Positions 11,351 to 24,700 of a DNA stretch of 63,323 nucleotides are shown here, in pieces. This DNA comes from Gracilinanus agilis. Its lineage: Eukaryota. Under the pieces are notes generated by a model. That model saw nothing but the letters and a program-made list of their open reading frames with translations, searched no databases and was not told the DNA's origin. Location of the stretch: contig NC_058131.1 of assembly GCF_016433145.1 (NCBI RefSeq), positions 31,255,705-31,319,027 of the forward strand, in the 5' to 3' direction. Position 1 is the stretch's first letter. Each line of letters opens with the position of its first letter. The position numbers and the translations under genes were made by a program.

Positions 11351-14299
11351 CACAGTTTACATTTATCCCTATTGCTTCATGTAATTTGATTGGGACCAAC
11401 ATTCTACCCCACAAATCTTTTTGGATCCTGCCTCTTCCAGTGTGTTAGAGCTCTCTCCCAGCTACGTAGCATCTGCATATATGATGAGTATGCTAGCTGT
11501 GCCTTTTTTCAGTCTCTCATAAAAACAATTTAAAAAAACAGCAGAATCCAGTTCTACCTCTGGCGTCGGGGACAACATGACCCTAGTTAAATTATTTAGC
11601 CTCTCAGTGACTCCAGGCAACTTTCCAACATTAAAAAAATGTTTTAGCCCTTACCTTCAGTCTTAGAATTGATACTAAGTATGGGTTCTAAGACAGAAAA
11701 ATGGTAAGGGGGAGGCAATCAGAGTTAAGTGACTTGCCCAGGGCCCCACAATTAGGAAGTATCTGAGGTCACATTTGAACTCAGAACCTCCTGTCTCCCA
11801 GCTTGGCTCTCTAGCCATTGAGCCACCTAGCTGTTCCTTTTAACACTTTGATTTGTAGAACAGTTCCCCATTGGCTTTGTAAAGGATAATTCCTCACTGG
11901 AAGTTCTATACTGAGATAAATTACAGTTTTAGACACACTTGAACTCTTCTTCCCTTGTTGTGGGAGAAAGACATCCGAGTTTGTAACAAGCTTTTGCCCT
12001 AAGAATGGGAGATTCAAGCTCTGTTCAAACCAGAAGGGAAAAAAGAATTTTATTTGAAGTAGAAATTTAAGGTGGTATAATAGCCTAATAGCTGGTGGGA
12101 TAGCCTTGGGACTAATCAGGTAGCCCTGGGGCTGATGGATTAGCCTAGAGGGGCTAGTGGAGTAGTATAGCCTCTCTGGAGCTGATGGAATAGCAGCTCT
12201 TGGGGTGATGGAATAAACTTTGGGGCTGACAAAATAGCCCAATAGGTAATGGAGTAGCAACTCAAGGTATGGATCAGAGTTTGCATATTTATTAGAGTCT
12301 AGGGGCTCCCATTCCAGGGAAGTCTCTACCTTTCCTGAAAATCCTGGAAAATGGGCATGGCCAAATTCAGGTGGAGGCATGGTTTGGAGCTTGATGTGTA
12401 TATCACAGAGAATAAAGAGCATGCACAGGTTTGGTGGATCCTTCTGGAATGCCAGAGTCCCCAATGCACATGTCTCATGTTTCTTCCACTGTCCACCTAG
12501 TCATCATTTGTCAATATGGGAGAGGTCTCGCTACCCTTGTGGAATGTTTCCTTCAGTGATGAGAGCGGGAGGGAGACGGAGTCCATTGGAGGACCACGTT
12601 GGGCAATTAATTATGTCTAACAGTTCAGAACGAAAGCAAACACAGAGTAACAACAATAATAAATAAGTAATAATAAAACAGCAACACAGAGAGAATGGGT
12701 CACTGATCAACAATACAGATTCTGCAGTTCACATTTCTCTAATGCTGTTTGCCATTGATGTTTCACTAGTGCTAACTGGTGAGAAGTGCAAGATTTCAGA
12801 GCATGGGGGTCCTGACCCTAGAACTGCCCCTCGCTGCCCACTGTCAGTGTCCTTCACCCTCAACCCACCCCAAAGTGTAGATCAAGGGGATGTCAGAGAC
12901 ACAGTGTGTAGCCGTGTAGAAAGGAGGAGTTTCTGAGAGGAACGTAGGCATGACTCTTATCAAACACCTTTGGCCCTTTATGATATCTGTGTCCCCAGGA
13001 AGAGGGCTATTGCCTTGGTGTTCTCACTCATGCCTGACACCGAGAAGGGGTGCCAACCCCATTCTACCTTGGGTTTGGTTACACCATCCCACATTGTAAA
13101 GAATAGAAACAGAGGTTGGGTATCTTGTGGCTTGAGTCAGGGAAGTCAATCTGGGTACACCAAAGCTCTGCCTTGTTTGGCCCAGAAAGATAGGCATTGG
13201 TGAAGGGGATAGATAGGAAGGAGAGCTAAGAAATGGTAGGCCAAGTTCTATTTGCTTTCCTATGAATACTAGGGGTAGGTCCTCCTCAAAGACTTGCCCA
13301 AGGTCGCACAAGTAGTCATCACCTTCCTTCCTCAGTGGGTCTTGGAGAAGAACCTGGGCAGACACAAGCCCATAATATAATCCCTGCCATGGTCAGGACT
13401 GAGACTGGTGGACCTCTTGAGCTTGGGAGGAGCAGATCTGAGCTGGCATCCTTACTAAATTCAACATGACTGTGTTGGTCCCTGGGTCAGGGAGGTCACT
13501 GGATTGCCTAAGGAAGAGTGAACTGGTCCAGGTTGGAAATCAAGCAGGTCAAAGGTTTTGTGTGTCATCATTATCTTCACTGTCATCATGATAGATAACA
13601 TATCTATGGTGCTTACTACGTATCAGGCACTGTGCTAAGTTCCTTACAATTATTATCCCCTTTGATCCTCACGACAACTCTGGGAGATAGGTGCTATTAT
13701 TATTCCCATGTTATAGATGAGGAACCTGAGGCTAAAAGAGATGAAATGACTTGCCCAAAGTGGCAGTGGCAAGATTTGAACTCAGGTCTTCTTGCCTCTA
13801 AGTCCAGCCCCCTATAGGCTGTGACACAAGAGACTTAGATTGGGTCTGTGAATCGCCCCAGCATTTCCAACCTAAGCCAGATAGGAAGAAGGAAGAGGAG
13901 TAGGAGGAAGAAAAAAAGAAGGAAAAGGAGGATTGGGAATGGTGAGAAGAAGAAAGGAGAGGGAAGGAAGATGGGGAGGTGGAAGGGGAAAGAGGAAGGA
14001 TTGTGGAGGCTTTCACATTCCAGGTTTCAGAGTCTATATATTACCCCAGAAGCAATAGAGCCATCAAGGGCATTTGGTTTTTGATTGGTGTGGGAGGGTT
14101 TTCAGAGGTCTGGACTTTTGCTGTGTCTAAGCCACCATCTTCCCAGAATTCCCCATCAAGGGCATTTGGGAAAGGGTGAGACCTTGAGATGATTATTTTG
14201 GCAGCTAAACAAATGATGGGTTGAAGAGAGAAACCAGAATGAGGAGTCTGTTACAGGTTAGAAAATATGGTGACGTGAAAGATGAATCTGTCAGCAAAC

Positions 14300-14915
14300 A
14301 ATTCTTAAATGCTTACTAGGTACCAGTCACTATGCTAGGTCCTGGGGATACAAAGAGCAGGTCAGAACAATCCCTGTCCTCTAGGGGCTTACATTCTAAT
14401 GAAGGAGAACATCTGAGCACAAAGAGTGAAATTTGAGAAGACAAATAGATGGAAGGTAACCTTAGAGGGGTGGTCACTAGAGGGTGCAGGAAGGTCCTTC
14501 TCTGGAACATGGTAAGGAAGGGGAGTCTTGAAGGAATCCAAGGACTCCAAGGGGTGGAGAGGAGATCATTCTCAAGGAGTAAGGAAGTCAATCCAAAGCC
14601 AATGTGGTGGGAGAAGAGACCGAGAAACAGCAAGTGAGTCCATAGAGCTGGATCATAGAGTGTGGAGGGCAGCAATAGGTTAGGAGAATGGAGCCAGGTT
14701 ACGAAGAGCTTTAAGTGCCAGACAGACGTGTTCCTCTCTGATTCTAGAGGTAACAGGGAGCCAGGAGAGTGTATTGAGTGGTGGAGGGAGTGAGAAAGAA
14801 GAGAGAAAAGATGTTTACACTTGAGACAGCTATGTGAAGGCTGGATTGGAGTGAGGAGAGAGCAAAGGCAGGGAGAGTATTTGACAAACATCAGAGTCCT
14901 GCTTAATGATTATTA
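14300..14915 (-). mobile_element. L2 3' fragment
   Basis: L2-type tail followed by purine-rich antisense L2 ORF2 sequence (ggagccaggttacgaagagctttaagtgcc...ggtaacagggagcc). Confidence 0.7.
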
Positions 14916-15329
14916 TCAGGAGTGTGTTACAGGTAAGTAAGAGGCTATGATGACTTGAAAGATGAATCTATCAACAAATAATTCTTCAGTGCTTACTAGT
15001 AATTAGTATTACTTATTAAGAAATGGTAAGGATGTGGTCAACTGTAGAATATCTCTTGGGAAAGCTTGTTTATTTCTAATTAATAAGCAACACTTATTAA
15101 ATTATTATTTATAATATAGTATAAATTACTTATTAAAATATTATTTATAACATATAAATTACTTATTAAATCATAAAAGACTTATTATTTATTATTAAAT
15201 TATTAAACATTTATTAAAGACACTTCAATTCATTTGTAGATGATTCTCATGGAGATTCGTAAAAGTGATGAGAAGGCACATAAGGACTTAGTATTGTTCT
15301 CAGTTGCCCTTTTTGTACCAATAAAGTGT

Positions 15330-15590
15330 CTTTGTTATTGTTCATTCATTTCAATTGTGTCTGACTCTTTGTCACCCCATTTGGGGTTTTCTTGACAAGG
15401 ATACTAAAGTTCTTGGCCATTTCCTTCTCCAGTTCATTTTTCAGATGAGGAAACTGAGGCAAACAAGGTTAAGTGATTTGTCCAGGGTCACACAGGCAGT
15501 AAATGTCTGGGGCCAGATTTGAACTCAGGAAGATGAGTCTTCTTGACTTTAGGCCTGGCACTCTATTCATTGCACCTCCTAGCTGCCCTA
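15330..15590 (-). mobile_element. MIR/MAR1-like CORE SINE
   Basis: ttgtcaccccatttggggttttcttgac...cagatgaggaaactgaggcaaac...ttgcacctcctagctgccc. Confidence 0.8.
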
Positions 15591-18233
15591 ATAAGGGGAT
15601 ACAACACAAGAAAGGGAAGAGTCACTGATTTTTCTCTTCTGGCCTTTTGTCAATCCTCCTTCAGATTGTTTCTGCCACCTTTAACACCGCCAATTCTCTC
15701 CCTCTCCTCCTCCATGTCTTAGCCTATCTGAACTGAAATGGATAACCAGGCAGTATCCAGATAAGTGGCAGAGCTGGGATTTGAACCCACAAAGTGGACA
15801 CAAAGAACCAGCAAGATTTTGTCAAAAACAGGTTATAAATATGAGGAATTCAGAGAAATGAGAGAAACTAAGATACGCCATTGGATACATTGCCAAGCAC
15901 AACCTCTGTCCTGGATGTTTAAACTTAACTGCTTTTCTTTATCAAAGATAGTTTAGTCCAGAGGATGGCTGGTGAGAAATAACGGGTACAATAAAGACAA
16001 AGGGCACCAATAAATTTTTTAAATTTATTTATTTACTGTCTTTAAAAATAGGTCTTCATGCTTTACTTGTAGCCATTTTGGGTGGTGTAGGGGATCCATT
16101 GATTTCCTCTTGACCCACCTGATGAAATCCTGGAATATAAAAAGAGCAAGCAACAGAAGCCAAGACTGGTAAGCTAATAATTAATGAGTTAGCATTGATA
16201 GAGCATCTTATAAAGCACTTTTTATCTCCAACTTATGATGAGGAAACTGAGGCAGACAGAGGTTAAGGGACTTGCCCAGGGACATACAATTAGTGTATGC
16301 CTAGGGCTGGATTTGAGTTCAGGTCTTTCTTACTCCAAGTCCTGTGTTTTATTTATTGTTACTTTGGATCTTAAAAAATGTGAAAACATTCCTTAGCCAG
16401 GATTGATGGGATTAGAGGATGACTAGGAAGCCCAGGGTTCAGGATGCTACAATGTTCTTTCCTTTATGTACTTCTCTTTTTAGGTGAATGGGTTACCAGT
16501 TCGATTTATTTGAGAAATACTATAGAATTTACTCAGATTTTAGCAAAACATTTAGGAAAGTCTTTCATGTTCTTCTTTGGGGAAAGATGGAAAGATATGT
16601 GCTAAACAATTGTACAGTTGGATGGGTTCGGAAAAAATGGAATGTTCACATGGACTAGAGCAAAGATCCATGGTTAAATGGCGATCTGGAAGGAAATCTC
16701 AAGTGGGGGAGTGCCCCAGGCATCGGTGAGTGGCCCCATCCTATTAAAATTGCAATCAGTGACTCAGATAAAAGTAGAGATGACACGCTTAGTGCAAATT
16801 TCCAAATAACGTCAGAATAGGAGAGATGACATTCAGGATCCCGACAGGCTAGAACATCGGATCTAGTATTTTTAAAATGGAATTTAATAGTAAGAAATGC
16901 AAAGTCTTGTATTTGAATTAAAAACATTAATTTTGAGGGGACAAGATGTGAAAGTTATGCCTGGAGAGATTCATGTGAAAAGATCTGGAGAGTTTAGAGG
17001 GCAGAATATTCAATATGAGGCACCAGAGGCATGTGGCAGCCTAAAAAGTGAATGTGTGAGGATCAAAGGAAATCATTCTGATGAAGGTGTTTGTGTAGTG
17101 CCTGGCACAGAGTAGGCACTGTATAAATGATAACTATCATCGCCATTTTCCTCCTCCTTCTCATCATGATGCTCTGTTCTAGGGTTCCAGATTTAGTCTA
17201 GACACTGATGAACTGGAGGGTGTCCAGAAGAAAGGAACCACAATGGTATGAGACTTCAGCTCTTGCCATTTGAAGAAGAATTCTTCTGAAAGAATTAGGA
17301 GGGGTTAGCTTGGTGGCTCAATGAATAGAGAGCCAGGCTTAGAGATAAGGAGGTGCTGGGTTCAAATTTGACTTCAGACACTTTCTAGATATGTGATCCA
17401 GGGCAATTCATTTAACCCTCATAACCTAGTCCTTACTTCTCTTCTGTCTTGGAACTGATGTTTAGTATTAATTCAAAGACAGGAGGTAATTTTAAAAAAT
17501 TTAAAATTAAAAAATGGGGCTTAAATTTTAAATTTAAAAATTTAAATTTTTTAAAATGGGTTTTTAAAAATTTTAATTAAAAAAATGGGGATGTTTCACA
17601 TGGAGAAGAAAGGACTTAGAGGGTGAGAAGGTTTGAATGGGAAGCATAGTAATTGTCTTCAACTATCTGAAGGGCTGATTTGTAGACATTTCCCCTTTTC
17701 CCATTGCTAATTATGTCTTATTAAACCCCAGTTTTGAATTACTCCCACTGATGTGGATTGAAATGCCCCACAAACCCTGCTAAGTGGCTGTACACAATCA
17801 AAAGAACATAAAAACAGTAACTAGTTGATTAGTATAGGGCCACCTTTCAGATATGATGTATGAGGTGCTTAGATTCACAATTATTAGAAAACTCCTCACA
17901 TCAGTCTTTAAACATAACCTGGGTTGTTGGTTGGGGGTCTCTGGGCAGCAAGTACAGGTGACTCAGCTCCCCGGTCACACAGGATTAGGTTCAAACAAGG
18001 CTCAGTTTCCACACTCACTGCCTTCTTTAGAGTCTGCCAGAGTAAAACTTGACCTAAAGTTGCTCCTGGTTGTTTAATATATCATTAGTATGCCATTTAC
18101 TAATAGCAGTTTGCTCCCTCCTTCCCAGTGGGCAAACAGAATGGATCATGAGTAAAGCCACACACTGCCCAAACAAATGACCCCTTCCTTAGTAACTAAT
18201 CAAGATAAAAAGCATTCTTGAAAACCCCTATCT

Positions 18234-18237
<4 letters not shown>

Positions 18238-18302
<65 letters not shown>

Positions 18303-18479
18303 AATCTCTCTCTCTCTCTGGCTCTCTATGTCTCTCTNNNNNNNNNNNNNNNNNNNNNNNNNNNNNNNNNNNNNNNNNNNNNNNNNNNNNNNNNNNNNNN
18401 NNNNNNNNNNNNNNNNNNNNNNNNNNNNNNNNNNNNNNNNNNNNNNNNNNNNNNNNNNNNNNNNNNNNNNNNNNNNNNN
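18238..18479. repeat. (TC)n microsatellite running into an assembly gap (N 18338-18479)
   Basis: Direct reading. Confidence 0.97.
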
Positions 18480-18619
18480 CTTACCTCCTTACCTTATCTT
18501 ACTACCATAGCTATTCTGTTACTATATTCTCTTATAACAGTTTGTTTCCTCAAAATAGAACCAGTTTGGGCCATCAATCAATTCCTTGAATGGGACCCGA
18601 TCATCTTAGCCATATCAGA

Positions 18620-18875
18620 CATAAATGCGCAGTTGTTTTTCAGTCATTTCTGACTCTTCCTGACCTCTTTTGGGGTTTTCTTGGCAAAGATACTGGAATA
18701 GTTTGACATTTCCTTCTCCAGTTCATTTTACAGATGAGAAAACTGAGGCAAAAAGGGGATAAGTATCTTGCCCAGGGTCACATAGCTAGTAAATGTCTGA
18801 GGCCAGATTTGAACTTGAGAAGATGAATCTTCTGGACTCCAGGTCCAGCACTCTATCCACTGCGCCTCTTATGCG
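18620..18875 (-). mobile_element. MIR/MAR1-like CORE SINE
   Basis: Same core as the copy at 15330. Confidence 0.8.
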
Positions 18876-19569
18876 CTGCACAGCTAACTAGCTTTTAGCT
18901 AAAGCATTTACTGAGATTGTATAGAGAACTCATTTGGTACAAAATATCCCTAAAAGCCTGGGTCTTTTTCCCTACAAAAACCTTCAGCATCAATGGAAAG
19001 AGTGAGCTCAAACTACAGTATATTCAGTATAGTGATAGTGAGGATACACCAGTGGCAAAAGTGGAACTCATAACTTCTATTACTGGAAATCCCTTCACCT
19101 GTTATGGTCTTTCTAAAGCTTTTTGCTGGGCAGAATAACTACTAGGCTTCTAGAGTGTGTGTCTCTTTTTGGAGCCCATTGCTGGCACTTCTCTCTGCCA
19201 TTAAGGGCCATATCACCTAAAGCTGCTTTTGACTATCTCTCCAGGAGAGAAAAGTAGGGAACCTTCTGGCAGGAGAATCCTGAGGATAAACCCTCTACAA
19301 TCTGGCTTCTAGTTTTATCAACCAACTGAATCTGTTTTCTTCAAGGTTGCCAATGGTTTCTTAAATTTCCAATTTTAAAGGTTGTTTCTCAGTCCTCATC
19401 CTTTGTCTCCCCAGTGCTTAGCACATTGCCTGGCATACAGGAAACATTTAATAAATGCTTATTCTCTGACAGAAGAGAGGTATAGCATGTTCTACTTTGA
19501 GTCAAAGATGAGAATTAGGAGCCTTGGGTAAAAGAAATGCAGACTTAGATATATTGTAACAAAGAAACT

Positions 19570-20144
19570 TCCTTCTTTTCTTCCTTCTCCCTCCTTCCTC
19601 CCTCCTTCCTCCCTTCTTTCTTTCTTTCTTTCTTTCTTCCTTCCTTCCCCCCTCTCTCCTTCCTTCCTNNNNNNNNNNNNNNNNNNNNNNNNNNNNNNNN
19701 NNNNNNNNNNNNNNNNNNNNNNNNNNNNNNNNNNNNNNNNNNNNNNNNNNNNNNNNNNNNNNNNNNNNNNNNNNNNNNNNNNNNNNNNNNNNNNNNNNNN
19801 NNNNNNNNNNNNNNNNNNNNNNNNNNNNNNNNNNNNNNNNNNNNNNNNNNNNNNNNNNNNNNNNNNNNNNNNNNNNNNNNNNNNNNNNNNNNNNNNNNNN
19901 NNNNNNNNNNNNNNNNNNNNNNNNNNNNNNNNNNNNNNNNNNNNNNNNNNNNNNNNNNNNNNNNNNNNNNNNNNNNNNNNNNNNNNNNNNNNNNNNNNNN
20001 NNNNNNNNNNNNNNNNNNNNNNNNNNNNNNNNNNNNNNNNNNNNNNNNNNNNNNNNNNNNNNNNNNNNNNNNNNNNNNNNNNNNNNNNNNNNNNNNNNNN
20101 NNNNNNNNNNNNNNNNNNNNNNNNNNNNNNNNNNNNNNNNNNNN
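19570..20144. repeat. (TTCC/TTTC)n simple repeat running into an assembly gap (N 19669-20144)
   Basis: Direct reading. Confidence 0.97.
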
Positions 20145-22068
20145 GTCCACCTGGCTGATTATTGATGGGATGCACACTTGTAGGGGCTTATGAACTATAG
20201 AACTAGATAGAACCAATGTATAGCAATAGTAAGCTATACATACACACACATACACACACACACACACACACATATATACATATATTTCTAGAAGACTAAG
20301 AATTGTTCATTTTTCTAAGATTCGGTCATCGGTGGTGCTTAATAAATGCTTACTGATTGATAGGTAGCAAAATCTTCATTTTGTAAACGAGAAAACTGAA
20401 ACTTGGAAAATATGAATGATTTGTCCATAATCACATAGGTATTACTGGTTGCAAGGAGCCAAGGAGCACAGGGTTGAAGTAACACTGATCCATTCCAATA
20501 TCTAAGGAAGTTTAACCCTATCCCTAATTTTGCATAGTTCATCTAAAACCTGAATACCATCAGAAAAATGGTTGAGGAAGAGGGTAGTTTCTTCTACCAC
20601 GTGTCAAAAAATAATCATTTGCTCATGCATTATTTTCAGAGAGTAGGGACATCCAGACAGGCAGGCAGGAAGAAAGAACTTATAAAGTAGTTACTAGGTT
20701 CTAGGCACTGTGCTTGGGACACCAGATGTCAGGCAGAGACTAGTAGAGGTAAAGATGGACAAGTCAGCACCCATAGCGTCTATGGTCTGCAGATTCTTCA
20801 AGAAAGAAAAGAAAACCTTATAGAGTGTTTTGGGCTGGATGGTGAGGAAGTCAATAGAAAAGTTTAGCTGGGCAGGTAGGTTGTATAGTGGTCAATGTTG
20901 GACATGAAGACTTGAGTTCAAATCCTTTATCAGACTTTTTTGTGACTCTATTTGAGGTAAATTTTTTTGCAGAAAGTTAACAGTTCTTAACAAAGGTTCC
21001 CCCCACCACCACCCCAGGTCAAATCTGAGGGCCTCTCTGGGAACATGGGGAGAAGAGGAACTGAGATAGTGGGGAAATTTAAACCTTGGACCAGTACTTC
21101 TCTTTTTATCTGCTATCTTCTGACTCTTCTTAGGCTACTTGGCGCCACTTCCATTCTGTGGAACTGGGTGTCTCATAAACCTTACCATAGATTTTAATGC
21201 TTGGTTTATCTGGAGAATGGAACTAAACCTATAATCATGGTCCCCTCCAGACCTTTTAAATCTCTCTCCACACAGGAGAAAGCCAACATATGTCTATATT
21301 CTCTTCTGACTAAGGGTTTTACCTCCTTGAACCTCGTTTCTAGCCTGAGACATGGCCATATTAGACCTAGTAGCTGGGTCATGAAATCATAGGTTCAGAG
21401 CTGCAAGCAGATTTGAAGATCATTTAGTCCATTCCTTTTATAGACAAGTAAATTGAGGCTCAGAAGAGAAATGATTTATCTAAAGTTACTCGTGAAGTAA
21501 ATGGAAGAGTCCAGGATTCAAACCCAGGTTTTCTTACTCCCACTAGAGCTTACTCTATGTTGCTCTTCATTGTCTCTTCTTCATAGACAAACATACCCCA
21601 CCTGACCTACTCTTAGTAAATAAATCATACTTCACGTGCTTGTTCTATTTTAAATAATAAAGATATACATGACAATGCTCTGATTGCACTCCAGAACACT
21701 GTAGAACCACTCATAGATTTTGGGCTTGACCATCCGTAGAGTAGACATTCTGAATCTTTTGGGGGAGGGGGGATCCTAGACCCATTATACAATGTCTGGT
21801 GAAATGTTATGCCCCTTCTCAGAAGATGACATTTAATGCATATGATAAAACACATAAGATTACAAAGGAAACCAATTATATTTGTGTGTGTGTTGCTATA
21901 TAGTATTCAACAAAAAATATAGAGTGATTTGGGTCCAGAGTGGAATGGGAGGAAGAGAGTGGACTGGATTGCATTTGGGAAATCACAAAGCTCTTTTAAT
22001 GAACCCAATCATTGGAATAAGTGGATCTTTCTTTAAGAAATCTATCTACAATCAAGAGCCAACATTGG

Positions 22069-22280
22069 GGCAGCTGGGTGACTCAGTGGATGGAGAGCCA
22101 GGCTCAGAGACAGGAGGTCCTGGGTTCAAATCTGACTTCGGACACTTCCTAGCTGTGTGACCCTGGACAAGTCACTAAACCCCCATTGCCTAGCCCTTAC
22201 CACTCTTCTGCCTTGGAACCAATACATAGTATTGATTCCAAGATGGAAGGTGAGGGTTAAAAAAAAATAAAAAATAATTA
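22069..22280 (+). mobile_element. Opossum-type SINE
   Basis: gggcagctgggtgactcagtggatggagagcc...gggttaaaaaaaa. Confidence 0.85.
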
Positions 22281-22499
22281 AAAAAAGAGCCAGCATTGAT
22301 GTAATGGAGAAATGTGAAACCTAGAATCCTTTCTAATAAATCAAAGGTAAAGCAAGGATACCCATTACTAACACTATTATATGATAGTAGTTATAGAAAT
22401 GCTAGTCATAGTCATACAATAAGAAAAAGAAATTTAAAAAATAAGTACAGGTGAAGAGGAAATACAGCTATTGTCTTTTGCAGACCACTAGAGAGCTTT

Positions 22500-23186
22500 T
22501 GTGAGGGTTATTTAGCAATTAATTTAGTATTAGTGTTGGACCTAGCAGGAAGGGCTGGAGGATTCCAAGATGGAATGAAGGAGCAGGAAGTGGGGGCTTG
22601 GACTCTGGAAGAGACTCCATAGTAGTTGGGGACATTAACTGTTGCTAATCCTGGGAGATCTCAGAGTTAGGGCAAAACTGCATCCAGATTCCCTGGGATC
22701 CTAAGAGGTGGAGGCTTTCAGCAGTGGACAACAGACCTGCAGAGCAGCACCAAGTGGGGAAGTGGTTTGGGATCTGGTGGACAGCGTTGCAAACTCACTC
22801 TCCCTACCTGGGTACCTTGGATCACCTGTCCTGGTGGAGTTGGCTCCTGGCCTCCTGTGACCATCCTTGGATTTACCCTGAGACCCCAATTGAAAGCCAT
22901 CCTCAGGCCCTTTAGCTGAGCTGATCAAACCTGGCTGGAACCAGGTTTGGAGGAGCTTCCCTGTGACTTCAGTACTGCTTCCTTTGGGCCCTGCCTGGCT
23001 TAGGTCAATAGAAGAGTGTAGTCAAGTCCTTCCCTTGCCCCTGTGGTTTGCCCTTAGGTTGTAAGTATAGAATCCCTTATTCCCATCCTTCATTATCGTT
23101 TCCCTCAATTAAACTGTTATAAACTTTTTACCTTTTGCCTGCTGGTTCCATAGACCCTGGCCTATCTAGAAACCCCAAAATAATCA
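22500..23186 (+). mobile_element. Solo-LTR-like element inserted in an old L1 ORF2 fragment
   Basis: TGTGAGGG...TAATCA interrupts L1 reverse-transcriptase-region sequence that continues on both sides. Confidence 0.55.
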
Positions 23187-23261
23187 ACTAGAAATTAGAA
23201 TAATAACTTCAGCAAAACTACACGATATAAAATAAATTGATAAAAACCATGAGTGTTTTTT

Positions 23262-23440
23262 TTAAAACCTTGTACTTTGGTGTATTGTCTCATAGGTGGA
23301 AGAGTGGTAAGGGTGGGCAATGGGGGTCAAGTGACTTGCCCAGGGTCACACAGCTGGGAAGTGGCTGAGGCCGGGTTTGAACCTAGGACCTCCTGTCTCG
23401 AGGCCTGACTCTCACTCCACTGAGCTACCCAGCTGCCCCC
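23262..23440 (-). mobile_element. Young opossum SINE
   Basis: Near reverse complement of the copy at 29839-30029. Confidence 0.9.
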
Positions 23441-24199
23441 CTGTTTTTTATATTATGAACTAAACCCAGCTAGAAGAGATTAAAAAAAGAAATTCCATTC
23501 AAAATGATGATAGAATATGTAAAATATTTATTTAATAAGACATGCATAATTAGAAGATATTCTTTACAGAAATGAAAATAGTTTTAAATAATTAGAGAAA
23601 TTATTAATTGTGCCTGGGAAAGCTATGAAAATATGTTACAGTTGAGATGTCAGGCAATCCTGAAGCCCTTCTCACTCAAATTCAGCCTAGCAGTTTCTAC
23701 AGAGTCAGCAAGGATCTGGGGTTAAATGCCATCTGTGTACAGCACAGGGTCATAGGCTTATAAAGGCCATCAGGATGGCTAGGCTTTACTTCCCATGACT
23801 GTTTCTGGAAGAAAAATGAAAGGGAAGGAGTCCAAGAGGCTCATTTCAGTGCACCTCACTAGTGTATCTTCCTGTGGCCCCAAGGTGAGCCTGCCAGAAC
23901 TCCACTACATCAGCTGTCCTTCCACATCCTTTCCCCTCAGATGCTCTCCAAGGCAGACCTGAAGCTCTCACTGTGGCTTCTCTGGCTCTCACCTTGTTTC
24001 CTCTGCATGTATCTTGCAAGCACCTATTTATTGTCTGTAGCTTCCCTTAAAGTGTGAGCTCTTAGAGAGCAGGACCTGGTTTTGCCTTTCTTTGTAACCC
24101 CAATGTCTAACTGAGCTCCTGGTAGGTAGTGAGCCATTCTTTTTGACTGGTGCTTGGACCTTCAGTCAGAAGGAGGGAATAAGTGAGTTAAATGGAGCC

Positions 24200-24700
24200 A
24201 AAGGACCAGTCCTTCCTATGCCTCTAGGGGACATCTTTATTCATGGATGGGACTAGGGGGAAGCATAACCAGGGATCTGTCAGGCAAAAATGTGTTTCCT
24301 AAGGCCCTAGCAGCTGGGGGTCTTGGGGAAAGAGGTCTCCTGGAGAAGGTGGGATCTGAGCTGAATCTTGAAGGCGGTAATGAAAGCTGAGAGTCCGAGG
24401 TAAGGAGGGAAAGCATTCCAGGCATGGAGGATTCCAGGGCAAAAGTGAGTGTTGTAGATGAAGAACTACAGGAAAAACAGTGTTGTTCCACTGTAGAATG
24501 TGTTGAGAAATAAAGACTAAAAGACTGGGAAGGAGAAGATTGTGAAAGGTTTTAAATATCAGGGAATTCTTTATTTGATCCTGGAGGTAATAGGGAACCA
24601 CCACTACAATTTATTGAGTAGGAAAGTGAAGGGAGTGGCGCAGTCAGAACTACTCTTCGGAAAATCACTTTGGTAGCTGAATGGTAGATAAATCAGAGAT
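24200..24700 (-). mobile_element. L2 fragment
   Basis: gagctgaatcttgaagg...gcattccaggcatgg...ggtaatagggaaccac...ggaaaatcactttggtagctg. Confidence 0.65.

Noticed and set aside
11811-12464. 217-aa minus-strand ORF
   Set aside because: Runs through SINE and LTR-like low-complexity sequence; no recognisable domain or splice structure.
15060-15230. AT-rich TAAATTACTTATTAAA repeats
   Set aside because: Ordinary low-complexity minisatellite with no linked feature.
17480-17590. A/T-only quasi-palindromic stretch with AAAAATGGGG repeated
   Set aside because: Looks like slippage expansion of a SINE tail; no evidence of function.
18218-20273. Long ORFs containing X runs
   Set aside because: Artefacts of N gaps and adjacent microsatellites.
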